DNA from: Actinomycetota bacterium
GTDB lineage: Bacteria; Actinomycetota; Coriobacteriia; Anaerosomatales; JAUXNU01
Direction: 5' to 3'
Length of the DNA: 64,000 bases
NCBI GenBank assembly: GCA_030682655.1
Contig: JAUXNU010000144.1
Coordinates: forward strand, 27,991-91,990
The notes beneath the pieces were generated by a model, which did not search any database, had not been told where the DNA came from, and saw only the letters and a program-made list of their open reading frames with translations. A program made the translations under genes and the position numbers. Shown here piece by piece: positions 27,858-35,952 of the stretch; positions within the stretch are counted from its first letter, which is position 1; each line of letters begins with the position of its first letter.

Positions 27858-29393
27858 ATGTCGCAGAACCTCCCCGCGCTTCTTGTCATCATGGACGGCT
27901 TCGGTCTGGCGGAAGCCGGTCCAAGCAATGCCATCAGTCTTGCACACACGCCTCGGCTGGACGAGTTGTTCGCGCGATACCCGACCTCGCGCTTGTGCGC
28001 GTCCGGTCTTGCCGTGGGCCTGCCGGAGGGGCAGATGGGCAACTCCGAGGTCGGGCATCTCAACATCGGTGCCGGCCGCGTGGTCTACCAGGAGCTGACG
28101 CGCATATGCCGCGCCATAGATGACGGCTCTATTCAGGACAACGAAGTCCTTGCCGAGGCTATCGATGCCGCTGTGGCCGCTGGAGGTGCGGTGCACCTGA
28201 TGGGGCTGCTGTCGGACGGGGGAGTACACAGCCATCGAGACCATCTATACGCCCTAGTCCGAATGGCGAAGAGCCGGGGCGCCTCGCGCATCTTCATTCA
28301 CTGTTTCCTGGACGGACGGGACGTGCCACCGCGTTCGGGGCTCGGATTCGTCCGGGACCTGCAGGTGTTTCTAGACGAGGTTGGCGTCGGTGCGATTGCG
28401 ACGGTGATGGGCCGGTATTGGGCGATGGACCGCGACAATTGCTGGGAACGGGTTGAGAGGGCCTGGCGAGCAATGGTGGCAGGCCAGGGCCAGCCGTGCG
28501 CAGACGCTTGCGGCGGGGTTTCCGCGTCCTACTCCTCGGACGTCACCGACGAATTCGTGGAGCCCCTGGTAGTCACGCGCGCGGGAGTACCCGTGGCGCT
28601 CGTGGAAGACGGGGACAGCGTCGTGCTCTTCAACTTCCGGCCGGACCGCGCGCGAGAGATCACCCGGGCCTTCGTTGATGAAGCGTTCGATCGGTTTCCC
28701 CGACCGACTCGACCGAGTGTTCACTTCGTGTGCCTCACGGAATACGACCCGACGCTTCCCGTGGCGGTGGCGTTTCCGAAGGACATACCTTGCTGCGTGC
28801 TCGCCGACGTGCTCGCAGACGCGGGCCTCAGGCAGCTGCACATAGCGGAGACCGAGAAATACGCCCACGTCACGTTCTTCCTCAACGGGGGTCTTGAGAC
28901 ACCCAAGACGGGCGAAGAGCGGGTCTTGGTGCCCAGTCCGAAGGTGCCAACGTACGATCTACAGCCGGAGATGTCCGCACCGGAAGTCACGGCTCGTCTT
29001 GTCGAGGCGATCGAGGCGGACCGCGCCGACGTCTATGTCGTCAACTTCGCCAATTGCGACATGGTCGGGCATACCGGTGTGTTGTCGGCAGCGGTCGCAG
29101 CGGTTGAGACAGTCGACGATGCGGTTGGGAAGGTGGTCGATGCCATCCGGCGTGCAGGCGGAATCGCCATAGTCACCGCCGATCACGGCAACGCCGAGCG
29201 GATGGTCGCCGAGGACGGTTCAACGCCGTTCACGGCGCACACCCCTGCGGACGTGCCGGTGTGTGTCATCGCGGACGGTGTGCGCACGCTCGCTGACGGC
29301 GGGATTCTAGCTGACATATCGCCCACGCTCCTGTGCCTTCTTGGCATCCCGCAGCCTGACGAGTGGACGGGGCGCTCGCTCTTGCTATACTAG
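27858..29393 (+). CDS. gpmI: 2,3-bisphosphoglycerate-independent phosphoglycerate mutase
   Basis: Motifs LVIMDGFG, GNSEVGHLNIGAGR, SDGGVHSH and TADHGNAE are present. It is 511 aa. Confidence 0.95.
   Translation: MSQNLPALLVIMDGFGLAEAGPSNAISLAHTPRLDELFARYPTSRLCASGLAVGLPEGQMGNSEVGHLNIGAGRVVYQELTRICRAIDDGSIQDNEVLAEAIDAAVAAGGAVHLMGLLSDGGVHSHRDHLYALVRMAKSRGASRIFIHCFLDGRDVPPRSGLGFVRDLQVFLDEVGVGAIATVMGRYWAMDRDNCWERVERAWRAMVAGQGQPCADACGGVSASYSSDVTDEFVEPLVVTRAGVPVALVEDGDSVVLFNFRPDRAREITRAFVDEAFDRFPRPTRPSVHFVCLTEYDPTLPVAVAFPKDIPCCVLADVLADAGLRQLHIAETEKYAHVTFFLNGGLETPKTGEERVLVPSPKVPTYDLQPEMSAPEVTARLVEAIEADRADVYVVNFANCDMVGHTGVLSAAVAAVETVDDAVGKVVDAIRRAGGIAIVTADHGNAERMVAEDGSTPFTAHTPADVPVCVIADGVRTLADGGILADISPTLLCLLGIPQPDEWTGRSLLLY
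29383..29391 (+). promoter_or_regulatory. putative extended -10 promoter (TGCTATACT) for secG, embedded in the last codons of gpmI
   Basis: It is identical to the motif upstream of tRNA-Leu and lies 49 nt upstream of the secG ATG. Confidence 0.35.
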
Positions 29394-29440
29394 TGCGTCA
29401 GCTCGGCGGCTTGGATGGTCGCCTCAAGGTCAAAGGAGAC

Positions 29441-29692
29441 ATGCGGGTGAGCGCTCTTGTCGCAGTCATCATGGTCATCCATGTGATAGCTTCTGTCGGT
29501 CTTATCGCCTTCGTGCTACTACACTCGGGGAAGGGCACGGGGGTGTCCTCCATGTTCAGTGGAGTGATGCCCACGACCGCCAGTGGTACGGGCATCATCG
29601 AGAAGAACCTTGACCGGATCACCCTTGTTCTCGTGGGTGTGTTCACGGTGACGCTCCTTCTGCTGATGGTGCTCTACCGTCCTGGAGTGTAG
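29441..29692 (+). CDS. secG: preprotein translocase subunit SecG
   Basis: The 83-aa, two-TM protein has the family motif LLHSGKGTG. ATG 29441 follows AAGGAG. It has the conserved position after tpiA. Confidence 0.85.
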   Translation: MRVSALVAVIMVIHVIASVGLIAFVLLHSGKGTGVSSMFSGVMPTTASGTGIIEKNLDRITLVLVGVFTVTLLLLMVLYRPGV

Positions 29693-29723
29693 AACGCGTC
29701 CATCATACGATGCTATGCATGGA

Positions 29724-29756
29724 GCGGCCCCGGACATACACCGGGGCCGCTTTGCG
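29724..29756 (+). terminator. intrinsic terminator after secG
   Basis: GCGGCCCCGG-ACATACA-CCGGGGCCGC forms a 10-bp perfect stem, followed by TTTGCGTT. Confidence 0.7.
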
Positions 29757-29931
29757 TTCCATGAGAAGCTCCATGTCCTGACTCCGTTGATGTTGTCATT
29801 CTATGCAAAGAGGGGGACACTAAATGTGTAGTCTGGAGAGGCGCCGCTACATATCCACGCCGCAAGGGTGCTGGTAGGCGTGCGTTCGCCTCACATGGCA
29901 AGTAGACCCGATTCTGGAGGGAGGGTGCGCT

Positions 29932-31623
29932 TTGACAGGCAAATTCCGCAAGTTGGTTATGGGTGTGCTCAGCACTGCAATGGTCCTCACACTGGTGGGG
30001 GCGACTGGGTGCACGGGAGGTGACAAGGACACGAGCGGCGATGCGGGCGATGATGTCCAGAAGGGTGGGACATTCGCCTTCTACATCAGCGAACCGCCGT
30101 TCATCGATCCGGTCAACCTCCAGGATTCCGAGGGCGTTCAGGTCGGACAGGCGGTGTTCGACAGTCTCGTGACGTTCGATTACCTGACCTCAGAGATCGC
30201 GCCGGCCGCAGCGGAAAGCTGGGAGCCGAACGAGGACGCCTCGGTGTGGACGTTCCATCTGGCCAAGGATGCCAAGTTCCACAATGGTGACCCTGTCACT
30301 GCCCAGGACTTCAAGTACGCATGGGAGCGCATCTGCGATCCGAAGAACGAGTCCGAGATCTCATATCACCTGGCCCCGGTAATGGGCTTTGACGAGATGC
30401 AGGACGGTACGGGGACCGATTTTCCGGGCGTCAAGGCAATTGATGAGACGACTCTCGAGGTGACGCTGAACTACGCGTTTGCCGACTTCGAGTATGTTGT
30501 CGGTCACCCGGCCCTGGCCCCGGTCCCGAAGAGCGCCGTCGAGGGTGGAGTTGAGTACAACGGTGCCACGGTCGACTATTCGGAAATGCCTATCGGCAAC
30601 GGCCCCTTCAAGATGACGGAGCCCTGGAACCACGATCAGTACATCAAGGTTGCCAAGTTCGATGACTACTACGGCGATGAGCCCAACATCGATGGCGTCG
30701 ACTTCAAGATCTTCACCGATCAGGACACCGCGTTCCTTGAGTTCCAGGCGGGAACCGTGGACTTCACGCAGATTCCCAGCGGCCAGATCCAGTCGACCAT
30801 CGACCAGTACGGTGAGAGCGTCGACGGCTACAGCATGGAGCCGGGCAAGCAGACGGTCTTGGGCACCGAACTGGGTGTCTACTATCTGCTCATGAACAAC
30901 ATCGACGACACTTTCAAGGACCCGAAGATTCGCCAGGCGTTCTCGCTGGCGATCAACCGTCAGGCGATCTGCGATACGGTCTTCGAAGGCACGCGCGTTC
31001 CTGCAACGGGAATCGTTCCCGACGGCATCGTGGGCTTCCAGGACAACGCATGGAAGTACTCCGTGTACGATCCCGAGGAGGCCAAGACCATCCTCGCTGA
31101 TGCCGGCTATCCGGACGGCAAGGGTCTGCCCAAGCTCAAGCTCGAGTACAACACGGGCTCTGGGCACGAGGACATCCTGCAGCTCGTGCAGAACGACCTC
31201 AAGGCGATCGGCGTCGAGTCCGAGCTGGTGGGCACGGAGTGGGCGCAGTACCTCGACAAGCTCGATCAGCACACCTACCAGGCAGGTCGTCTGGGATGGC
31301 AGGCTGACTATCCGATCATGGACAACTTCCTGAACCCGCTCTTCCTGAGCAGCAGCTCCGACAACTACGCGTCGTACAAGAACGCCGATGTCGATGCAAA
31401 GCTCGACGAGGCGCGCAAGACGACCGATGCGGACGCACGCATCGCGCTGTACCAGGAAATAGAGACCATAGTCGGCGACGAGGCGGCTTGCGCTCCGTTG
31501 ATGTTCTACCGCCACACCCGCGTGGCATCTGACCGCGTCATGGACGGCGTGTTCAGCCCGATGAGCCTCTTCAACTTCGAGAAGGTATGGCTCAAGCAGG
31601 ACGCGGGCGGTTCGGAAAGCTAG
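29932..31623 (+). CDS. peptide/nickel ABC transporter substrate-binding lipoprotein (family 5, Opp/Dpp type)
   Basis: It has a signal peptide plus lipobox (LVGATGC) and SBP_bac_5-like core segments (e.g. WTFHLAKDAKFHNGDPVTAQDF). The TTG start lies 5 nt after GGAGGGAGGG. Confidence 0.9.
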   Translation: MTGKFRKLVMGVLSTAMVLTLVGATGCTGGDKDTSGDAGDDVQKGGTFAFYISEPPFIDPVNLQDSEGVQVGQAVFDSLVTFDYLTSEIAPAAAESWEPNEDASVWTFHLAKDAKFHNGDPVTAQDFKYAWERICDPKNESEISYHLAPVMGFDEMQDGTGTDFPGVKAIDETTLEVTLNYAFADFEYVVGHPALAPVPKSAVEGGVEYNGATVDYSEMPIGNGPFKMTEPWNHDQYIKVAKFDDYYGDEPNIDGVDFKIFTDQDTAFLEFQAGTVDFTQIPSGQIQSTIDQYGESVDGYSMEPGKQTVLGTELGVYYLLMNNIDDTFKDPKIRQAFSLAINRQAICDTVFEGTRVPATGIVPDGIVGFQDNAWKYSVYDPEEAKTILADAGYPDGKGLPKLKLEYNTGSGHEDILQLVQNDLKAIGVESELVGTEWAQYLDKLDQHTYQAGRLGWQADYPIMDNFLNPLFLSSSSDNYASYKNADVDAKLDEARKTTDADARIALYQEIETIVGDEAACAPLMFYRHTRVASDRVMDGVFSPMSLFNFEKVWLKQDAGGSES

Positions 31624-31643
31624 GACTTCGTATGATGACGTTT

Positions 31644-31674
31644 GTACCGGGACGCCAATGTGGCGTCCCGGTAC
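31644..31674 (+). terminator. strong hairpin after the binding-protein gene (possible attenuating terminator / mRNA stabiliser)
   Basis: GTACCGGGACGCCA-ATG-TGGCGTCCCGGTAC forms a 14-bp perfect stem with no U-tract. Confidence 0.5.
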
Positions 31675-31720
31675 GACGTACGCCTAGGCCCTTGAGCCCC
31701 GTATGACAAGATAGGATCCC

Positions 31721-32692
31721 ATGCTCAAGTACATCCTGCGACGGGTGCTGCAGATGATCCCCGTGTTCATCGGGGTGACAATGCTTCTGTTCATTCTCCG
31801 GGCACCGGGAATACTGCCGGGAGATCCTGTTCGGATGATCACCGGCGAACGCGCGATTTCCGACACGCTCAGGCAGCAAATAGTCGACGAGTACGGTTTG
31901 GACAAACCGATTTGGCGGCAGTACACGATCTACCTGAACGACCTCGCGCACGGTGACCTAGGGGAGTCCTTCCAGAAGGGCCGGGAAGTCACGGACATCT
32001 TCCGTGACAAGTTTCCCAACACTATTCGGCTAGCGCTCGCCGCGATAATCGTCGAGATCATCATCGGCATCGGCGCTGGAATCATATCGGCTGTGAAGCA
32101 GTATTCATTCGCAGATGTCTTGGTCACCCTGTCTACGTCTATTCTCGTGTCGATGCCGGTCTTCTGGCTTGGCATGTTGCTCCAGCTATCCTTCGGGATC
32201 GTGCTCAAGCGCTGGACGGGAGATGCCTTCTACCTCCCGATATCAGGAATGGGCAATCCGCCCGATTTCGTTCACCTGATCTTGCCTTCGATAACGCTCG
32301 CCTCGGTCTCTGCGGCGTATGTCGCTCGCATCATGCGTAGCCAGATGCTTGAAGCGATGAGTCAGGACTACATCAGGACTGCCGAGGCAAAAGGACTCAC
32401 CCGCAGTGCGGTCGTCTGGCGCCATGCGATGAAGAACGCGCTCATTCCGGTTGTGACCTTCATCGGTATCGATCTGGGCGTCATGATGAGCGGCGCGATC
32501 TTGACAGAGACCATCTTCAACTGGCCTGGCGTGGGGCGTGAGATATTCCTCGCTATCGGTCAGCGCGACTGGCCGGTTGTGATCGGTGGGGTCGTCGTTA
32601 TCGTCATCGCTGTCATGTTCATCAATCTGCTCGTGGACCTGAGCTACGCGTGGCTCGACCCCCGGATTCGCTACGGAGGGGCTGCCGAATGA
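31721..32692 (+). CDS. peptide ABC transporter permease (DppB/OppB-like)
   Basis: It starts MLKYILRRVLQMIPVFIGVT and has the EAA-loop region DYIRTAEAKGL. Confidence 0.9.
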   Translation: MLKYILRRVLQMIPVFIGVTMLLFILRAPGILPGDPVRMITGERAISDTLRQQIVDEYGLDKPIWRQYTIYLNDLAHGDLGESFQKGREVTDIFRDKFPNTIRLALAAIIVEIIIGIGAGIISAVKQYSFADVLVTLSTSILVSMPVFWLGMLLQLSFGIVLKRWTGDAFYLPISGMGNPPDFVHLILPSITLASVSAAYVARIMRSQMLEAMSQDYIRTAEAKGLTRSAVVWRHAMKNALIPVVTFIGIDLGVMMSGAILTETIFNWPGVGREIFLAIGQRDWPVVIGGVVVIVIAVMFINLLVDLSYAWLDPRIRYGGAAE

Positions 32693-33693
32693 GCGACGAA
32701 CACAGGCCACACAACCTTCCCGAGGATCGCAACATCCTTCGCGATGTCGAGGGACATCCAGTGGTCCCGCAGGGATCGCAGCTGCCCGTCCCGCCAGTGG
32801 ACGCCTATGACGACCTCTCTGAGGCTGTACAGGGCGGGCGCACTCTGTGGGGCGATGCCCTCTACCGCCTTCGCAAGAACAAGCTCGCAATCGCGGGTCT
32901 TGTGTGGGTGATCTTCATTCTGCTGGTGACTCTGACCGCCGATGTGTGGGTCAAGCCGATCTTCGGCGACCCGCTGACTGTGAATACGCAGATCGGCGCG
33001 AACCTGCAGCCACCGTCAGTGGAACACCCCTTCGGAACCGACAAGCTCGGCCGCGATGTGTTCTCTCGCGTCGCATATGGCTCCCGCATCTCACTCACGG
33101 TCGGCATCATCGCCGTCTCGATCTCGGTGGTGATCGGGCTGATCATGGGTGCTCTCTCGGGCTACTACGGGGGGTTCACCGACGCCCTCGTGATGCGTAC
33201 GGCGGACGTCTTCTTCGCGTTCCCGTACGTGCTCTTCGCCATCGCTCTCATCGCGGTGTTGGGGCCGAGCTACCGGAACGTGTTCATTGCGATAGGTATC
33301 CTTGGCTGGCCAAGCATCGCGCGTGTGTTCCGCAGCTCGATTCTCTCGGTGAAGGAGAACGAGTACATCGACGCTGCGCGTGCCATGGGCGCAGGCGACC
33401 TGAGGATCATGTCCCGGCACATCATGCCCAACGCGATAGCGCCCATCATCGTCTACGGCACTATGAGTATCGGCGGTGCGATCATCACCGAGGCTGCGCT
33501 GTCCTTCCTCGGCATGGGTGTTCAGCCGCCGACGCCGTCGTGGGGACTCATGCTCTCCGAGGCGCGGCCGCTTATGTTCCGCGCTCCGTGGATGATGATT
33601 TGGCCAGGTTTCGCGATTCTGACGACCGTTCTTGCTTTCGTGCTGATGGGCGACGGCCTGCGCGACGCTCTCGACGTGAAGATGAAGGACTGA
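32689..33693 (+). CDS. peptide ABC transporter permease (DppC/OppC-like)
   Basis: The ATGA overlaps the preceding gene. The segments HPFGTDKLGRDVFSRV and EYIDAARAMGA are present. Confidence 0.9.
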   Translation: MSDEHRPHNLPEDRNILRDVEGHPVVPQGSQLPVPPVDAYDDLSEAVQGGRTLWGDALYRLRKNKLAIAGLVWVIFILLVTLTADVWVKPIFGDPLTVNTQIGANLQPPSVEHPFGTDKLGRDVFSRVAYGSRISLTVGIIAVSISVVIGLIMGALSGYYGGFTDALVMRTADVFFAFPYVLFAIALIAVLGPSYRNVFIAIGILGWPSIARVFRSSILSVKENEYIDAARAMGAGDLRIMSRHIMPNAIAPIIVYGTMSIGGAIITEAALSFLGMGVQPPTPSWGLMLSEARPLMFRAPWMMIWPGFAILTTVLAFVLMGDGLRDALDVKMKD

Positions 33694-33696
33694 CCG

Positions 33697-34713
33697 ATGC
33701 CCTCATTGCTCGAAGTCACCAATCTGAAGACCCATTTCTTCACGCGCGACGGTGTTGTCAAAGCCGTTGACGGGGTGAGCTTCTCGCTCGAGGAGAGCAA
33801 GACACTCGCGGTTGTCGGCGAATCCGGCTCCGGGAAGTCGGTCAATGCGCTGACTCTCATGCGGCTCATCCCGCAGCCGCCAGGCAAGATCGTTGACGGC
33901 GAGATCCGGTTCAAGGGCGAGAGCGTTCTGGCGATGGACGACGCGTCGGTCCGAGCGCTGCGCGGGAACCGGATCGCGATGATATTCCAGGACCCCATGA
34001 CGTCGCTCAACCCGGTGTACCGGGTGGGGCGCCAGATCGGCGAGTCGCTTCAGCTCCACAAAGGCATGAATCGGAAAGAGGCTTTCGAGCGCGCGATCGA
34101 GCTGCTTGACACTGTCGGCATCCCGCAGGCTCGGCAGCGAGCGCGGGACTACCCGCACCAGTTCTCCGGGGGGATGCGCCAACGGGCGATGATCGCCATG
34201 GCACTCGCATGCGACCCGGATATCCTGATAGCCGATGAGCCAACCACCGCGCTCGACGTGACCATTCAGGCTCAGATTCTCGATCTCATGATAGAGCTCC
34301 AGCAACGCACGGGGACCGCCATCATCGTGATCACGCACGATCTCGGTGTCGTCGCGGACATGGCCGATGACGTCATGGTCATGTACGCAGGTAAACAGGT
34401 TGAGTACGGCCCGGCGGACGAGGTCTTCTACAAGCCGCTTCACCCCTACACATGGGGTCTGCTTGACAGCCTTCCCCGGCACGATATCGATGAGAAGGGC
34501 GACTTGTGCCCCATCAAGGGCCAGCCACCGAGCCTCATCAACGTGCCGAGCGGGTGCGCCTTCCACCCGCGTTGCCCCTACGCCAAGGAGATTTGCCGCA
34601 CGACCACCCCGGAACTTCGGGCTATCGATCGCTCGCATGCGGCTGCGTGTCACTTCGCAGGCGACGGAGGCTTCGTGCGGGGCGACGTAGCATGCGCGGG
34701 GGTGAGCTCCTGA
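33697..34713 (+). CDS. peptide ABC transporter ATPase (DppD/OppD-like)
   Basis: It has Walker A (GESGSGKS), the signature FSGGMRQR, Walker B ([11 protein letters not shown]) and a C-terminal oligopeptide-type Cys motif. Confidence 0.9.
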   Translation: MPSLLEVTNLKTHFFTRDGVVKAVDGVSFSLEESKTLAVVGESGSGKSVNALTLMRLIPQPPGKIVDGEIRFKGESVLAMDDASVRALRGNRIAMIFQDPMTSLNPVYRVGRQIGESLQLHKGMNRKEAFERAIELLDTVGIPQARQRARDYPHQFSGGMRQRAMIAMALACDPDILIADEPTTALDVTIQAQILDLMIELQQRTGTAIIVITHDLGVVADMADDVMVMYAGKQVEYGPADEVFYKPLHPYTWGLLDSLPRHDIDEKGDLCPIKGQPPSLINVPSGCAFHPRCPYAKEICRTTTPELRAIDRSHAAACHFAGDGGFVRGDVACAGVSS

Positions 34714-35762
34714 TGTCGGAGTTGCTCACGGTCACAAACCTGTGCAAGTACTTTCCGGTGGAGCAGGGCGTTCTCAGTTCGCGCATCGGCAAGAAGGTCT
34801 ACGCCGTCGACGATGTGAGTTTCGGGGTCAATGCGGGGGAGACACTCGGTCTCGTTGGCGAGTCCGGGTGTGGCAAGTCTACTACCGGGCGTTGCGTCAT
34901 ACGTCTTCTGGAGCCCACGCAGGGGTCGATCACATTTGCTGGTGATGATGTCCTGAAGATGCGCGGCGCCGCGTTGCGCGCGTACCGTCGTGACGTGCAG
35001 ATCATCTTCCAGGACCCCTACGCCTCGCTCAACCCGCGCATGACCATCGGCGAGCTCGTCTCCGAGCCGCTTGTCGTTCACAAGATCGGCACCAACGGTG
35101 AGCGTCGTGCGCGAGTCGAGGAGTTGCTCGACACAGTCGGGCTCAACCCGGAACACATCAACCGCTATCCACATGAGTTCTCCGGCGGGCAGCGCCAGCG
35201 CATCGGTATCGCTCGCTCGCTCGCGCTTCAACCCAAGCTGATCGTATGCGATGAGCCCGTTTCGGCGCTGGACGTTTCCATCCAGGCGCAAGTCATCAAC
35301 TTGCTCGACGACCTCCAGGACCGTCTCGGCCTGACGTACCTCTTCATCGCTCATGACCTGTCGGTCGTGCGACATATCTCTGATCGCGTGGCAGTCATGT
35401 ACCTTGGCAAGATTGTGGAGATCGGGGACTGGAAGGAACTCTACGATGCGCCTAGCCACCCCTACACGCAGTCGCTGCTTTCGGCAGTTCCGGTACCCGA
35501 TCCGGACAAGCAGCGCAAGCGCGAACGAATAATCCTCCAGGGAGATGTTCCAAGTCCGATCGATCCGCCGAGCGGGTGCCGCTTCCACACCCGTTGTCCG
35601 ATTGCGCAATTCCCGACATGCTCGGAACGGGAACCGGAGCTTCGCGAGCTCGTGCCTGGTCACAGAGCCGCGTGCCACTTCGCGGAGCCGTTCCCGATCA
35701 GGAGCTCGCACCATCACGCCGTCGCAGCCCACACCCCCAAACCCCCCGCTGAGCAGGGGTAG
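34713..35762 (+). CDS. peptide ABC transporter ATPase (DppF/OppF-like)
   Basis: It has Walker A (GESGCGKST), the signature FSGGQRQR and Walker B ([11 protein letters not shown]). ATG 34713 overlaps the previous stop; ATG 34692 is an alternative start. Confidence 0.9.
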   Translation: MSELLTVTNLCKYFPVEQGVLSSRIGKKVYAVDDVSFGVNAGETLGLVGESGCGKSTTGRCVIRLLEPTQGSITFAGDDVLKMRGAALRAYRRDVQIIFQDPYASLNPRMTIGELVSEPLVVHKIGTNGERRARVEELLDTVGLNPEHINRYPHEFSGGQRQRIGIARSLALQPKLIVCDEPVSALDVSIQAQVINLLDDLQDRLGLTYLFIAHDLSVVRHISDRVAVMYLGKIVEIGDWKELYDAPSHPYTQSLLSAVPVPDPDKQRKRERIILQGDVPSPIDPPSGCRFHTRCPIAQFPTCSEREPELRELVPGHRAACHFAEPFPIRSSHHHAVAAHTPKPPAEQG

Positions 35763-35779
35763 GCAACGCTAGGACGTAT

Positions 35780-35788
35780 TGCTATACT
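35780..35788 (+). promoter_or_regulatory. putative extended -10 promoter (TGCTATACT) for tRNA-Leu
   Basis: It lies 31 nt upstream of the mature tRNA 5' end and is the same 9-mer as at 29383. Confidence 0.4.
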
Positions 35789-35819
35789 TGCCAACGCTGT
35801 CCCCCCGGGGACACCACAT

Positions 35820-35905
35820 GTCCGAGTGGCGGAATGGCAGACGCGCTAGGTTGAGGGCCTAGTGTCCTTAGGGACGTGCGAGTTCAACTCTCGCCTCGGA
35901 CACCA
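35820..35905 (+). tRNA. tRNA-Leu (anticodon GAG), CCA encoded
   Basis: Manual folding gives acceptor GTCCGAG/CTCGGAC, anticodon stem CTAGG/CCTAG with loop TTGAGGG, a long variable arm (TGTCCTTAGGGACGT), T-arm GCGAG-TTCAACT-CTCGC, discriminator A and CCA. Confidence 0.9.
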
Positions 35906-35915
35906 TGAGTGAACA

Positions 35916-35946
35916 GCGGCTCTTCCCGAAAGGGGAGGGCCGCTTT
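35916..35946. terminator. bidirectional terminator between tRNA-Leu and the convergent PP2C sensor gene
   Basis: GCGGCTCTTCCC-GAAA-GGGGAGGGCCGC forms a 12-bp stem with 2 G-U pairs and a GNRA loop, followed by TTTGCGCTT. Confidence 0.6.
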
Positions 35947-35952
35947 GCGCTT

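Noticed and set aside
29757-29931. The 175-nt leader between the secG terminator and the peptide-binding-protein gene could be a riboswitch or T-box.
   Set aside because: - I could find only short (4-5 bp) stems.
- There is no specifier or T-box sequence and no recognisable riboswitch core.
- It is most simply the promoter region of the ABC operon.
35820-35905. tRNA-Leu could be an integration hotspot marking a genomic island that covers the accessory-looking right third of the window.
   Set aside because: - There is no integrase, recombinase or excisionase gene, and I saw no direct repeat of the tRNA 3' end downstream.
- The tRNA is immediately followed by a terminator and a convergent chromosomal-type sensor gene.
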